Counted from the stretch's first letter, positions 29,441 to 39,295 are shown. The stretch is DNA of 64,000 bases from Candidatus Bathyarchaeia archaeon (GCA_038870975.1 JAVZJD010000001.1:544001-608000); one strand, 5' to 3'. Program-made: numbers and translations. Notes: generated by a model not told the origin, from the sequence alone.

Positions 29441-29664
29441 AATCTACGCTCAGCCCTCGTAGCATAAATTTCCCTTAGCAGAACCTCTTTATCCCTAAAC
29501 TCCACGCAGCCCCTAAGATTCTTTAAGACTTCAAGGGGGCTAGTGCGCTCAATAAGCCTCTCAAATAACTCACTAAAGCTCTCACCCTCACGCTTAATCA
29601 TCAACAACTTCCTATATACGTCATCCCTAATCGTTATTGTTTTAACCAACAAATTCACCATCAA
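29437..29664 (-). CDS. vapB: VapB-family antitoxin
   Basis: KTITIRDDVYRKLLMIKREGESFSELFERL; 4-bp overlap with vapC. Confidence 0.9.
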   Translation of the reverse strand: MMVNLLVKTITIRDDVYRKLLMIKREGESFSELFERLIERTSPLEVLKNLRGCVEFRDKEVLLREIYATRAERRL

Positions 29665-29667
29665 AGA

Positions 29668-29695
29668 AAATGTTTAAACATACATTTAAACATTT
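29668..29695. promoter_or_regulatory. Putative vapBC operator (11-bp inverted repeat)
   Basis: AAATGTTTAAA-cataca-TTTAAACATTT immediately upstream of vapB. Confidence 0.6.
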
Positions 29696-30029
29696 ATTTA
29701 GAGCGCTTGAAATAGAATATTTGAAGAAAGCTCAACGTATCGATAAGGTGTTCATTAGAGAACATGAGGAGACGATTCTTCCCAAGTCATCTATCACCAA
29801 ATCTTGATAATAAAACCATCTTCCATTGATGGTTGCCATTGAAATTTGTACCCAGACAATTCTTTTAGAACATCTTTAACTTGGCTAAAAGAGGATAATA
29901 TTCCCTTTGTTGTTAGTTTCGTGCAACTGTACTCTAAGAACAAAAAATTAAAATTCTCCGTGCGGGAAAGTTTTCGCTTTTTTATCTGGATATTCCAAAA
30001 GAGCTTCCCTAAAATGCAAGAAAATTTTC

Positions 30030-30199
30030 TTAGTTTCACCATCCTGCATAAATAATGTGGCAATATTATGAACCAGTACGAGGTTAATCTCTGGATCAGA
30101 CTCCAGCAATTTTAACAGTTCTTCAAACGCCTGCTCCTGCTGATCTTCTGAGAAACAGCATATCACATAAATGTTGTCTAATGCAGCAGCCGGATCCAT
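30030..30199 (-). pseudogene. RadA/Rad51-like internal fragment
   Basis: MDPAAALDNIYVICCFSEDQQ...INLVLVHNIATLF resembles the RadA region before and at Walker B. Confidence 0.5.
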
Positions 30200-30561
30200 C
30201 CCTCCAGGGCTTAAGCTCCGTGAAGCTATAGCTGGAGCCGCCTTCTCCAGCAATTTCCTATAGAGCAGGTATCTGCTGACCCCCTCAACCTTCGCGTTAA
30301 TATAGACATGCTTTAGTGAAATGTCGAGTTTAGATGCCTCGCTCGTAATACGCTTGCCGTATTACGAGCGTATGGCGGTGCATGTTTTCCAGTTCCAACA
30401 CCGCAGACAATCTGCGTAACCTGAAGAAAAGCGTTCTCTGGATCTTCTAATACATGCTCATATAAGGAAAGTAAAACCCCAATCTGCCCTTTGCGGTGGG
30501 GTAGCCTCTCTGGAATGTAACGAGGTGAAAGCTTGCTCCTATCCTTAAATATTGAAACCAT
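30197..30561 (-). pseudogene. cdc6: Orc1/Cdc6 N-terminal remnant
   Basis: IFKDRSKLSPRYIPERLPHR, Walker A G..GTGK, then a frameshift and in-frame stop, then KHVYINAK; truncated. Confidence 0.85.
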
Positions 30562-30582
30562 AAACTTACACAAAGTAGATGC

Positions 30583-30636
30583 ATGAAGGGCACCAGAACC
30601 AGGGGTTTTGATCCGGCCTGCGGCACTTTCACCATA
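30583..30636 (+). repeat. Composite junction 5 (distal att-like): left arm B + tRNA-Phe core (30604-30625)
   Basis: Core 17/22 identical; followed by CTTTCACCATA, identical to 24441-24451. Confidence 0.8.
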
Positions 30637-30719
30637 AAACCTCACTCTCTAGGACTGGGGTTAACTTCTTTTAACCACTCCCCCAACCTTCCTCACGTCC
30701 TCTTCATCTTTTTTAAGAT

Positions 30720-33350
30720 ATGTCTAAAAACGGGCGAATTGTGTTATACTGTAACTTTTTTATTTTCCTCGCTCTACTATATGATGTGCATCAAGCAATT
30801 ATTCTTAGAGAAGGCTGGGCTATTAAGTCGTCAGCTGAGGTAAAGGTTGATGGAGGAGTTATATCTACTCTTAGTTTCTCTCCAGACGGTTGGTATGCTA
30901 CATCCGTTCCCAGTACGGTTTTAGCAGCTCTCGTCAAAACTGGTGTCTATCCAGACCCGTATTATGGTACGAATATACTGAAGATAGGGGGTAAGACCGC
31001 ATCGAATGTTTCCATAGTCCCTCCGTTCGATGTCCCGTGGTGGTATCGAACGGTGTTTAAATTACCAGCCGATTATAAGGGGAAACGTATTTGGCTAAAT
31101 CTTCAAGGTATAAACTACGCCGCGGAGGTCTGGCTCAACGGACGTTTAGTGGCTGATAGAAGCGCCATTGAAGGTCCGTATAGAATATTTCAACTTGAAA
31201 TAACTGATTATGCGTTGCCTGGAGAGGAGAATTGTCTGGCGATGAAGATATTCCCTCCTAGAAGCACATATCTAGACCTTACAATCGCTTGGGTAGATTG
31301 GAATCCAACACCTCCCGACCTAGATATGGGTATTTGGTACCCCGTGAAGATCACGGCAAGCGGACCAGTGAAGATGAGGAATCCTTTCGTCGCTACAGAC
31401 CTTGACTTGCCATCCCTTGACGTAGCACACCTAGAAATCTCCGTCGAGTTAACCAATCTACTTACAGAGCCAGTAAATGGAGTCTTATACGGCGAGATTT
31501 CGAACGTCAATAATATCGACGAGGGGGGAACATCGATAGGAGGGCCTGAAGTTATCCAGTTCTCCATAGAGGTCTCACTTGAGGCATGTGAAACTAAATT
31601 GGTTAAACATAAGTTAGATATCCCTAATCCACGCATATGGTGGCCTATTCATAGAGGCACTCAACAATTGTATGATTTGAAGTTGAGCTTCCTAATAAAC
31701 GGAGAAGTGTCTGACGCTGAAAAAGTCCGCTTTGGAATCCGCAAAGTCACTTCTTGGATGAACGTTTTTAATGGTAAGAGGACTAGAGTTTTCCAAATCA
31801 ACGGTGAGAACATAGTGATAAGGGGTGCAGAATACGCAGATGATATGATGATGCAGTACTCGCCTGAAATGGAGGAGGCGGCGGTTAAATATGCTGTAGC
31901 TATGAACCTCAACGCACTTCGACTAGAAGGGCCACGAGGCTCAGACCACCTATACGAGCTCTGCGACAAGTATGGGATATTAATTATGGCTGGTTTATGC
32001 TGCTGTTCTACGTGGGAAAGCTGGCCAACATGGACTCTTCACACGGCCGATGTCGCTGTATGGAGCTGGAGGGATCAAGTAATCCGCTGGAGAAACCATC
32101 CATCTGTCTTCCTTTACGCATATGGAAGTGACAAGTATCCACCCCCGGAGGTCGAAGCTAGATATATAGAGGTGCTCAATAAATACGACCCTACTAGACC
32201 CTACATATCTTCGTGTACAAGTGCTCCATCTAAGATAGCGGGGCATACGGGGGTTTACATGGGTCCTTGGCCTGATGTGTACGCCTACTATCCCCCGTCA
32301 TACTGGTATACGAAATTAGAATTCAACACTGAATGTGGTCCCAGTGGTGAGCAGGTTCCGCCTATAGCGAGTTTACGTAAAATGATGCCTGAAGAGGAGC
32401 TGTGGCCACCTACTACTCCTTCGTGGATGGTGCGTTTACACCCAAGTTTCTACCCTAAGATGAGAGCGGCCTTATATTCACGCTACGGCGAGCCAACAAC
32501 GCTTGAGGAATACTGCATGAAGTCGCAAGTGCTTCAGTATGAGGCTGTCCGTGCGATGTTTGAGGCATTTGCCCACAACAAGTACTTCTCCAGTGGCGTT
32601 ATATTTTGGAAGCTCAACTCCGCCTGGCCAACACTGTACTGGCAACTTTACGACTACTATCTAAAACCTAACGGCGCTTTTTACGGTGCGCAAACCGCAT
32701 GTGAGCCACTACACGTATATTACAACTATGTTGACAATTCAGTCTACGTTGTAAATGGATACCGTAAAAGCTTTGAAGATTTAGAAGTGCTTGTGAAGGT
32801 TTTAAACTTCGATATGACGGAGAAGTTTTCCACGTCAGTAACTATAAACGCGGGGCCAGATAGCACCAACTTTGTCCTCACGATCCCCACATTGGAAAAC
32901 CTGAGCCCAGTCTACTTCATAAAGCTTGAGCTTAAGGATAGAGGGGGGAACTTAATAAGCTCCAACTTCTACTGGCTGTCGACTAAAGGTGATGCATATG
33001 CTGACTTTACCCAATTGATGAAACTTCCACTTGTTGATTTAGATGTGACGGCGGAGTTGGAGGAGAAAAACGACGAATACATCGTTCACATAACGTTCGT
33101 AAATCCGACAAACAGCCTCGCGTTCTTCATCAACCCCAGCATACTTAAGGGTTCACATGGACCCGAAGTCCTGCCGACTCTCTGGAGCTCCAACTATTTC
33201 AGTTTGACCCCGGGAGAGAAAAGAACAGTGACAGCGACTTTCGCTAAGAAGACACTAGGTGCAGAAGACCCTCATTTAATGGTAGAAGGGTGGAACATAA
33301 AACCAAAAGAGATCAACCTGAGGGCGGTTAGAAGTTCAAGATTATCTTGA
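30720..33350 (+). CDS. Secreted GH2 glycosidase, exo-beta-D-glucosaminidase (CsxA)-like
   Basis: VPSTVLAAL, WVDWNPTPPD, NALRLEG, NHPS...YGSD, TECGP, WQLYDYYL. Confidence 0.88.
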   Translation: MSKNGRIVLYCNFFIFLALLYDVHQAIILREGWAIKSSAEVKVDGGVISTLSFSPDGWYATSVPSTVLAALVKTGVYPDPYYGTNILKIGGKTASNVSIVPPFDVPWWYRTVFKLPADYKGKRIWLNLQGINYAAEVWLNGRLVADRSAIEGPYRIFQLEITDYALPGEENCLAMKIFPPRSTYLDLTIAWVDWNPTPPDLDMGIWYPVKITASGPVKMRNPFVATDLDLPSLDVAHLEISVELTNLLTEPVNGVLYGEISNVNNIDEGGTSIGGPEVIQFSIEVSLEACETKLVKHKLDIPNPRIWWPIHRGTQQLYDLKLSFLINGEVSDAEKVRFGIRKVTSWMNVFNGKRTRVFQINGENIVIRGAEYADDMMMQYSPEMEEAAVKYAVAMNLNALRLEGPRGSDHLYELCDKYGILIMAGLCCCSTWESWPTWTLHTADVAVWSWRDQVIRWRNHPSVFLYAYGSDKYPPPEVEARYIEVLNKYDPTRPYISSCTSAPSKIAGHTGVYMGPWPDVYAYYPPSYWYTKLEFNTECGPSGEQVPPIASLRKMMPEEELWPPTTPSWMVRLHPSFYPKMRAALYSRYGEPTTLEEYCMKSQVLQYEAVRAMFEAFAHNKYFSSGVIFWKLNSAWPTLYWQLYDYYLKPNGAFYGAQTACEPLHVYYNYVDNSVYVVNGYRKSFEDLEVLVKVLNFDMTEKFSTSVTINAGPDSTNFVLTIPTLENLSPVYFIKLELKDRGGNLISSNFYWLSTKGDAYADFTQLMKLPLVDLDVTAELEEKNDEYIVHITFVNPTNSLAFFINPSILKGSHGPEVLPTLWSSNYFSLTPGEKRTVTATFAKKTLGAEDPHLMVEGWNIKPKEINLRAVRSSRLS

Positions 33351-33381
33351 AGAATTTTTTCTAAAAGACACATCAACATAA

Positions 33382-33406
33382 TCAAGCCTATTTTTCATAG
33401 GCTTGA
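33382..33406. terminator. Hairpin between convergent genes
   Basis: TCAAGCCTAT-ttttc-ATAGGCTTGA. Confidence 0.5.
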
Positions 33407-33414
33407 AGCTATGT

Positions 33415-34389
33415 CTAGTAAAGCCGATATCTTGGAAAAACAACCTTGGAAAACTCTTTCAACATAGTTTTTGCCGTGCCAGTCGAAACCCTTGTCATCG
33501 AAAAGTCTATTATTATCGTATCGGCTCCAGCCTCAGAGTAACTCTCTATATTTGAAAGCCACTCTTCGGGGGTTTCGCCGAGTCCATCAGGATATGTAAA
33601 TGAGGGAGCTAATGAAATTCGTCTCCCCCCTGCGGTTTCAGCAAGGCATAGAGCTATTCTCCTAAAATCCTTAATTGGAATGTTTGAAAGCAGTAAGAGT
33701 CCATCACCATATTTAGCGGTAGCCTTCAATATCGCATTAGAAGAGCCTCCGAACCATATCGGTGGGTGGGGCTTCTGAATGGGTTTAGGCCAGAATGGCG
33801 CTTCAACAACCCTATAGAACTTGCCTATATATGTGACCTTATCTTCCTCAACCCAGAGCTTCAGTACAATTTCTAGGGCTTCCAGCATTCTAGATATACG
33901 CTCTTCATGTCTACCCCAGTAAACACCGTAGGATACGGCTTCATCTCTAAACCATCCTGCACCAACACCGAAGTTGACACGTCCTTCAGAAATAATGTCC
34001 ACTGTAGCTACGATTTTAGCCAATTTAGCCGGCTCGTAGAAGGGTAGAGGTGAAACCCTAGCGCCTAATCTTATTCTTTTCGTCTGTGTTGCTAATGCTG
34101 AAAGCAGAGTCCAAGCGTCAAGTTTATTCGGCTTATCAGGGTCCCATCCGGTCTTCTCGTAAAATTCCCTCGGAAGGAAGAAGTGATCTCCAACCCAAAG
34201 GGAGTTGAAGCCCAGTTCATCAGCTGCAAGAGAAACCTCTAGAACCTCCCTATAGCCGTATTCACCGTGAGTAGGAAGATGAACCCCGAATTTCAGATGC
34301 AAAATCCTTCCCCCTTTAAAACTCCATGTATTTGATAGTCTTTTGCTCAGTCGTATAGAAGACTCTCTTTCACGAAAGCTTATAAGCAT
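33415..34389 (-). CDS. LLM-class (probably F420-dependent) oxidoreductase
   Basis: WVGDHF, DAWTLLSALA, GRVNFGVGAGW, PIQKPHPPIWFGG; true start probably near 34300. Confidence 0.9.
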   Translation of the reverse strand: MLISFRERESSIRLSKRLSNTWSFKGGRILHLKFGVHLPTHGEYGYREVLEVSLAADELGFNSLWVGDHFFLPREFYEKTGWDPDKPNKLDAWTLLSALATQTKRIRLGARVSPLPFYEPAKLAKIVATVDIISEGRVNFGVGAGWFRDEAVSYGVYWGRHEERISRMLEALEIVLKLWVEEDKVTYIGKFYRVVEAPFWPKPIQKPHPPIWFGGSSNAILKATAKYGDGLLLLSNIPIKDFRRIALCLAETAGGRRISLAPSFTYPDGLGETPEEWLSNIESYSEAGADTIIIDFSMTRVSTGTAKTMLKEFSKVVFPRYRLY

Positions 34390-34533
34390 TTTTCGATTGA
34401 GAACTCTTCATTCGTTGAGCGTAGTTAATCGTAGTTTTATGGTGTTCCTCTTCATTGCATCTACGAAGAGGGTATCCAGAGTTTGCAAATCTTAGGTAGT
34501 TGAATGGAAAACGTAGTAGCAGGATAGATTACA

Positions 34534-34830
34534 ATGGTAAAGATGGTGGTTTATGAGTCAAAGTATGGTGATGCAAAACGTGTAGCGGAGTTAATAATCG
34601 AAGGAGTGAGTGAAATTGGCGGAATAGAAGTCTCCCTTAAAGAACTTCAAAAAAAGTAGATCTTAAAAACTATCCCCGATTATGATGTAATTCTAATTGG
34701 TTCCCCAAACCACATGGGTGGACCTAAAAGAGCTATTAAAGGCTTCATAGACAAGCTTGACAGATTACAGTTAGAAGGAAAGATGTTTGCCGTTTTCGAT
34801 ACATATATGGAGGGAAGATTTCCAAAAAGC
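34534..34830 (+). pseudogene. Flavodoxin, frameshifted/truncated
   Basis: VVYESKYGDAKRVAELI..., a frame break near the A7 run at 34649, then YDVILIGSPNHMGG...FAVFDTY. Confidence 0.8.
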
Positions 34831-35256
34831 CCCAAGGTTAAAGCAGATGGCGGTCTTTTTTACTTCTTCCTCTAAGGCCCTTCTTAGAACCTGGAATATT
34901 GATGCCAAGTCTCTCAGCTTCCTCCTTAATATCCTTTCTAACTTTAGTGGAGACCGTAATATACCTACTCACTGAAAACGGTTATACGCTCATCAATTTT
35001 GCTTAGGTGATTTTTAGCCTTAATCTACACACGATTTGCTCTAACATATTGGATACTGTAGGATAGTCTCTGAAATTCTCCGCCCCTTGCTTTGAAACGT
35101 CTATGTCATTTCATAGTTAGGAGTACGTATGCCTAGAGGCTATTATAAGTCTACGGCTACACATAGAGGTAAGAGCCTTTTAATATATGGAGGGGGAACA
35201 CGTTAAGCTTATGTTTATCAAATGTCTAGTTTACCGACGTATGCTGGAGGCTTAAA

Positions 35257-36501
35257 ATGACTGCTTCCGATTTCTTTAAACGCTTAGATAGAAGGTTTAA
35301 GATTCTACTCGCCTCTATCGGTCTTCATACGTGGTCTTCAAGTCTACCATCGCAGTATAATCAGCTTTACGCAGTATCTTTAGGAGCCAACCCGATCGAA
35401 TTGGGCTCTTTAGATAGCATAGGAGGTGTGGTTAGCTCCATATTTTCAGCCCCAGCCGGGTGGCTTATAGACAAATACGGCGTTAAGAACATGTTAGTAG
35501 TAGGATTAATGATGTCGGCGCTAGTCGCAGCCATGTATGGTTTTGCGTTAAACTGGTGGATGCTCATACCAGCGATAATCTTAATGAGGATTAGTATGCT
35601 ACTTATAATGCCTTTAACCGATGTAATCATCATTGGAGTGACTGAACCTAAGAATAGAGCATTTGCAATGGGATTATCGCGTACAATATGGGCTATACCA
35701 AGCATTTTCGCACCATTCACAGCAGCAATGGTGGTCTCTAGCTTCGGAGGGATAAATGTTGAAGGTATAAGACCTCTATATTTCATACAACTAATAGCGT
35801 TCTTACTGACCGTAGTGTTCACTATGGTAATGCTCGAACCACTACCGATTCATAGGAGAGAGCCGCAATATGCTTCAAAGAAGTTCAACCTCTTCAACTA
35901 CTACAATGAATTTTTGAGAAGTGAAAAATGGCTTAAACATTGGCTGATTACGATGGCTGTTATACGTCTAGGAGGCATATCAACACCCTTTGTACCGCTA
36001 TGGATTGTGGACGTGAAAGGTGCCGATCCATATCTACTCGGGGTTTTGGGAACAGTAAGTGTAGCAGTATCACTCTTACTGCAGATTCCAATGGGTAAAC
36101 TTGCAGACACAATCGGACGGAAAAAGGTTTTTCTAATCCTCCGCCCCTTTAGCTACATCGGTACTCTACTACTTGTCTGGGCTCCAAACCCCATGGTCTT
36201 AATCTTTGCTGGGGCATTTGGGGCTATGGGGCTTATGGTTTTCGGCGGTGGAATAGGTGGTATAAGCTTTATTCCATTCATTACGATGTATTGGGAGAGC
36301 TTCCCAGCTGAGAAAAGAGGTAGACTTCAAGGGATAAGCGGTCTACTAGACTTTATAGGGTCATTCGCCACCATACTTGGAGGATTTCTATGGCAAGCTG
36401 GATACATGGAGCTTGTTCTACTATTGCCAATGCTAATAGATGTCATGGTTCTGGTTCCAACTTTCCTGGTTATACCGGAAAGCCTAGGTAGAAGTAGTTA
36501 G
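35257..36501 (+). CDS. MFS transporter
   Basis: GWLIDKYGVK, GKLADTIGRKK; about 12 TMs. Confidence 0.92.
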   Translation: MTASDFFKRLDRRFKILLASIGLHTWSSSLPSQYNQLYAVSLGANPIELGSLDSIGGVVSSIFSAPAGWLIDKYGVKNMLVVGLMMSALVAAMYGFALNWWMLIPAIILMRISMLLIMPLTDVIIIGVTEPKNRAFAMGLSRTIWAIPSIFAPFTAAMVVSSFGGINVEGIRPLYFIQLIAFLLTVVFTMVMLEPLPIHRREPQYASKKFNLFNYYNEFLRSEKWLKHWLITMAVIRLGGISTPFVPLWIVDVKGADPYLLGVLGTVSVAVSLLLQIPMGKLADTIGRKKVFLILRPFSYIGTLLLVWAPNPMVLIFAGAFGAMGLMVFGGGIGGISFIPFITMYWESFPAEKRGRLQGISGLLDFIGSFATILGGFLWQAGYMELVLLLPMLIDVMVLVPTFLVIPESLGRSS

Positions 36502-36545
36502 GTGAAAACCATACCATGGATGGCTTAAACAGTGGACGTTAGAGT

Positions 36546-36755
36546 TTAAAAAGTTTTAAATTCAGATGGCTTAGATTTCAGTTTTTTAAGGTACTCTGAG
36601 GCTTCTCTGGCGTTTTTAAATCTGGCTATGATTCTTGAAGACGTTAAATGGATTGTTGTATTACAGTAGGGACACCTAGCAGACCTAGTTGAAGAAGTTA
36701 AAGATAAACGTCCACATTCAGGGCATCTATATATTTTGAATTGCCTCCTACTCAT
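36546..36755 (-). CDS. DUF1922-like Zn-ribbon protein
   Basis: CPECG...CPYC. Confidence 0.7.
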   Translation of the reverse strand: MSRRQFKIYRCPECGRLSLTSSTRSARCPYCNTTIHLTSSRIIARFKNAREASEYLKKLKSKPSEFKTF

Positions 36756-37327
36756 TCAAATACACCTCTAATGTACTTCTCAAGAAGACCCTCCTCAGCG
36801 AGTTTAGATATCCAATCAACTATGCCTATTTTAGGCTTAGCTTCACCCCTGTAGAAGGCTAAAGCCTCTGAAATAAGCTGTTCAACGGGTTTATCTGTTG
36901 AATCGAGTTCGCACAGTTTATCCATATAAACCTCTGAAGCCTCAACTAAACATACGTCTAAAATTTCAGCCATAACGTTTTCATGTATCTTTCTATGAGG
37001 ATAGCCTTTAGATTTAAGCCTCATCATTAAAACCCTAGGATGACATCTCAAGACGAAGGCGATTCTAACGTATTTATATGGCGCTATTAAATGCGCTATA
37101 TGACCATCCAGAACTACATCGTCATTTTTAATACCTCTAATAGCTCTCCTAAGTCTAACCATATCTACGATATGCGTCTGCCTTTCATCGTCAAACCCCA
37201 GTATTAACCCCCTATCTAAGCAGAATCTTCCCACGTCTATATGCGTAAAGCCGATTTCCCTAGCTAAAGCCTCTGAAAAAACAGTCTTACCAGTTCCAGG
37301 AGTACCAGTTACAACTATGAAAACCAA
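36752..37327 (-). CDS. AK6/Fap7-family adenylate kinase
   Basis: VTGTPGTGKT, LDGH, LRCHP, ENVMAEILD. Confidence 0.92.
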   Translation of the reverse strand: MVFIVVTGTPGTGKTVFSEALAREIGFTHIDVGRFCLDRGLILGFDDERQTHIVDMVRLRRAIRGIKNDDVVLDGHIAHLIAPYKYVRIAFVLRCHPRVLMMRLKSKGYPHRKIHENVMAEILDVCLVEASEVYMDKLCELDSTDKPVEQLISEALAFYRGEAKPKIGIVDWISKLAEEGLLEKYIRGVFE

Positions 37328-37429
37328 GCTTCTCTAAATTTTAAGAATTTCCCCTATAAATGGTTTCACCATTCACGTTAAAAATCGCCAAAATTAAATA
37401 AACGAATAGAGTAGCTATTTTCAAGGTTT

Positions 37430-39295
37430 ATGAAAATCCCCGACTTACATGAGCTGAAGAGGCTTGTTAGGAATCCCACTACCCGTCCACTTCTTCTAAC
37501 GGACATCGGCGGTTTTGAAGCTCTACGTAGTAGAATGATGGAAGATCGTTTGAGAAATCGTATAGAGGGTGTGTTGAAAAACGCAAATAAACTGTTAAAT
37601 GATTCAATTCCACAGCTTCCACGTTCTCTCTACGACGACTTTTTTAGAACAGGTCGCCGTCATGTTTTCGAAGAGCCATACTTTCTACGTAGAAGGGCGG
37701 TTGAAGATTTAACCCTAGCCTACATATTTACTGGGAGAAATACATACCTAGACCGCTGTAGGGACTACCTGTGGGCTATAATGGAGGAGTTTACATGGGT
37801 TATACCAGCTCATGCGAAAACACCCTTCAAACCCGGGGAAGAGCACGTGGTAGATCTATTCTCCTCTGGAACTGCTATGCTTTTAGCCGACACGTGGGAT
37901 TTGCTGTTCAACGATTTAGATAAGGAGACGCTTGAATGGATGCGCTACAATATTCTACGACGTGTTCTAATACCTTTAAGAGAACACTATTATGAACAAT
38001 GGTGGAGTAAAGGCTACGAATCCAACTGGTGCGGCGTCTGCGCTGGAAACTCTGGCTGTGCTTTAATACTAGTAGCGTTAGATGAGCCCTGGTCTATGGA
38101 ACTGCTCCATAAGATTCTTAAGAGCATCGACGGCTTTCTATCGACGGCAGATCCAGATGGTGCTTGGGTTGAAGGTGTCGGATACTGGTTTTACGGCTTC
38201 TCCAGGGTCTTCTACTTCTCAGATTTACTTGCTAAAGTAACAGATGGCAGGATAGATATACTTGAAGACCCCAGAATTAAAGCGACTATAACATTCCCCG
38301 TTTGGATGTATCTTCCACCACGCTCCCAAGTGAACTTTGGAGATACTGGAAATACACCCTCAGTGTACATGGATATTCTAAACCTTATCTTAAAACGTTA
38401 TAAAGAGCCTAGTATTGCATGGTACATTCAACGTCTTGAAGAAGAGGGGCTTATAAACAACGGTGTATCTCTACGCGAATTGATATGGAAGCCTGATGAG
38501 GTAGAGCCAAGACCTCCAGAACAGACCTCTAAATGGTATCGTAGAATAGGTGTTGTAATTACACGGTCTTCTTGGAACGACTTAGACGCCCCGATTCTCG
38601 CGGTGAAAGCTGGCCACAATGCCGAGCCCCACAACCACGTAGATGTAGGTCAATTTATATACCACTGCTATGGCAACAGTTTCATCTGCGACTTAGGAGT
38701 AGGCATCTACGATAGAGACTACTTCGGCTTTAAAAGATACGAGAACCCCATCTGTGGGGCGGAAGGGCATAATTTAATCTTCGTAGATGGGAGGAGTCAA
38801 GCCGTAGGCAGAGAGTATAAGGGAGAGATAGTCGAGTTTAAACATGAAGACGACTGGGAGCTCATTAAGTTAGACCTTACAGGAGCATATCCCTCCGACA
38901 TACTATCGAAAGCCATGAGAACCCTAGTATTCTTTAAACGTAGTGGTTTAGTTTTAGTAGATGAAGTCGCATGTAGAGAAAACGCTCTAGTGGAAACAAG
39001 GTTGCACTTTAGAGGAGACTTCCAACAGATGGACCATTGGGTTGACGTAGTCGCGGAGAAAGGTCGTGTACGGATACAACCTGAAGGCTACTCCATAGAA
39101 GTAGCTGTAGACCACCATAAGGGGCTGAAGACCCGTGACGCGATGCTCGTTAATGCTAAGTACATCAGGTTGATTAAACGGGCTATTAGAGGATGTGCTG
39201 AAATACGGGTTTACATGATCCCACATAGGACTATTGAGGAACTCAATATACGTCTAACAGAGTTGGAGGAGAAGTTACTAGAGTTGAAAATTTAG
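37430..39295 (+). CDS. Heparinase II/III-like polysaccharide lyase
   Basis: NW...C, EGVGYW, NFGD, HNHVDVGQF, HN. Confidence 0.85.
   Translation: MKIPDLHELKRLVRNPTTRPLLLTDIGGFEALRSRMMEDRLRNRIEGVLKNANKLLNDSIPQLPRSLYDDFFRTGRRHVFEEPYFLRRRAVEDLTLAYIFTGRNTYLDRCRDYLWAIMEEFTWVIPAHAKTPFKPGEEHVVDLFSSGTAMLLADTWDLLFNDLDKETLEWMRYNILRRVLIPLREHYYEQWWSKGYESNWCGVCAGNSGCALILVALDEPWSMELLHKILKSIDGFLSTADPDGAWVEGVGYWFYGFSRVFYFSDLLAKVTDGRIDILEDPRIKATITFPVWMYLPPRSQVNFGDTGNTPSVYMDILNLILKRYKEPSIAWYIQRLEEEGLINNGVSLRELIWKPDEVEPRPPEQTSKWYRRIGVVITRSSWNDLDAPILAVKAGHNAEPHNHVDVGQFIYHCYGNSFICDLGVGIYDRDYFGFKRYENPICGAEGHNLIFVDGRSQAVGREYKGEIVEFKHEDDWELIKLDLTGAYPSDILSKAMRTLVFFKRSGLVLVDEVACRENALVETRLHFRGDFQQMDHWVDVVAEKGRVRIQPEGYSIEVAVDHHKGLKTRDAMLVNAKYIRLIKRAIRGCAEIRVYMIPHRTIEELNIRLTELEEKLLELKI

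Larger units (their letters stand above)
20699..30636. mobile_element. Composite genomic island / tandem array of integrated modules at tRNA-Phe
   Basis: Bounded by the tRNA 3' end and a degenerate copy at 30604-30625, with internal copies at 22264 and 24419; packed with TA pairs and gene fragments. Confidence 0.85.

Noticed and set aside
22264-30625. Additional or split tRNA genes at 22264, 23269, 24419 and 30604
   Set aside because: Only T-loop and acceptor 3' strands are present, with mutations; no anticodon arm, BHB motif or complementary leader is visible.
20699-30636. CRISPR array interpretation of the recurring repeats and the 34-bp spacer-sized segment
   Set aside because: Repeats are kilobases apart, derive from a tRNA and are degenerate; no cas genes and no regular repeat-spacer period.
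22149-30645. ORFs 22149..22337, 24325..24537, 30447..30635 and 30583..30843 as genes
   Set aside because: They are translations across att junctions and arms, not independent genes.
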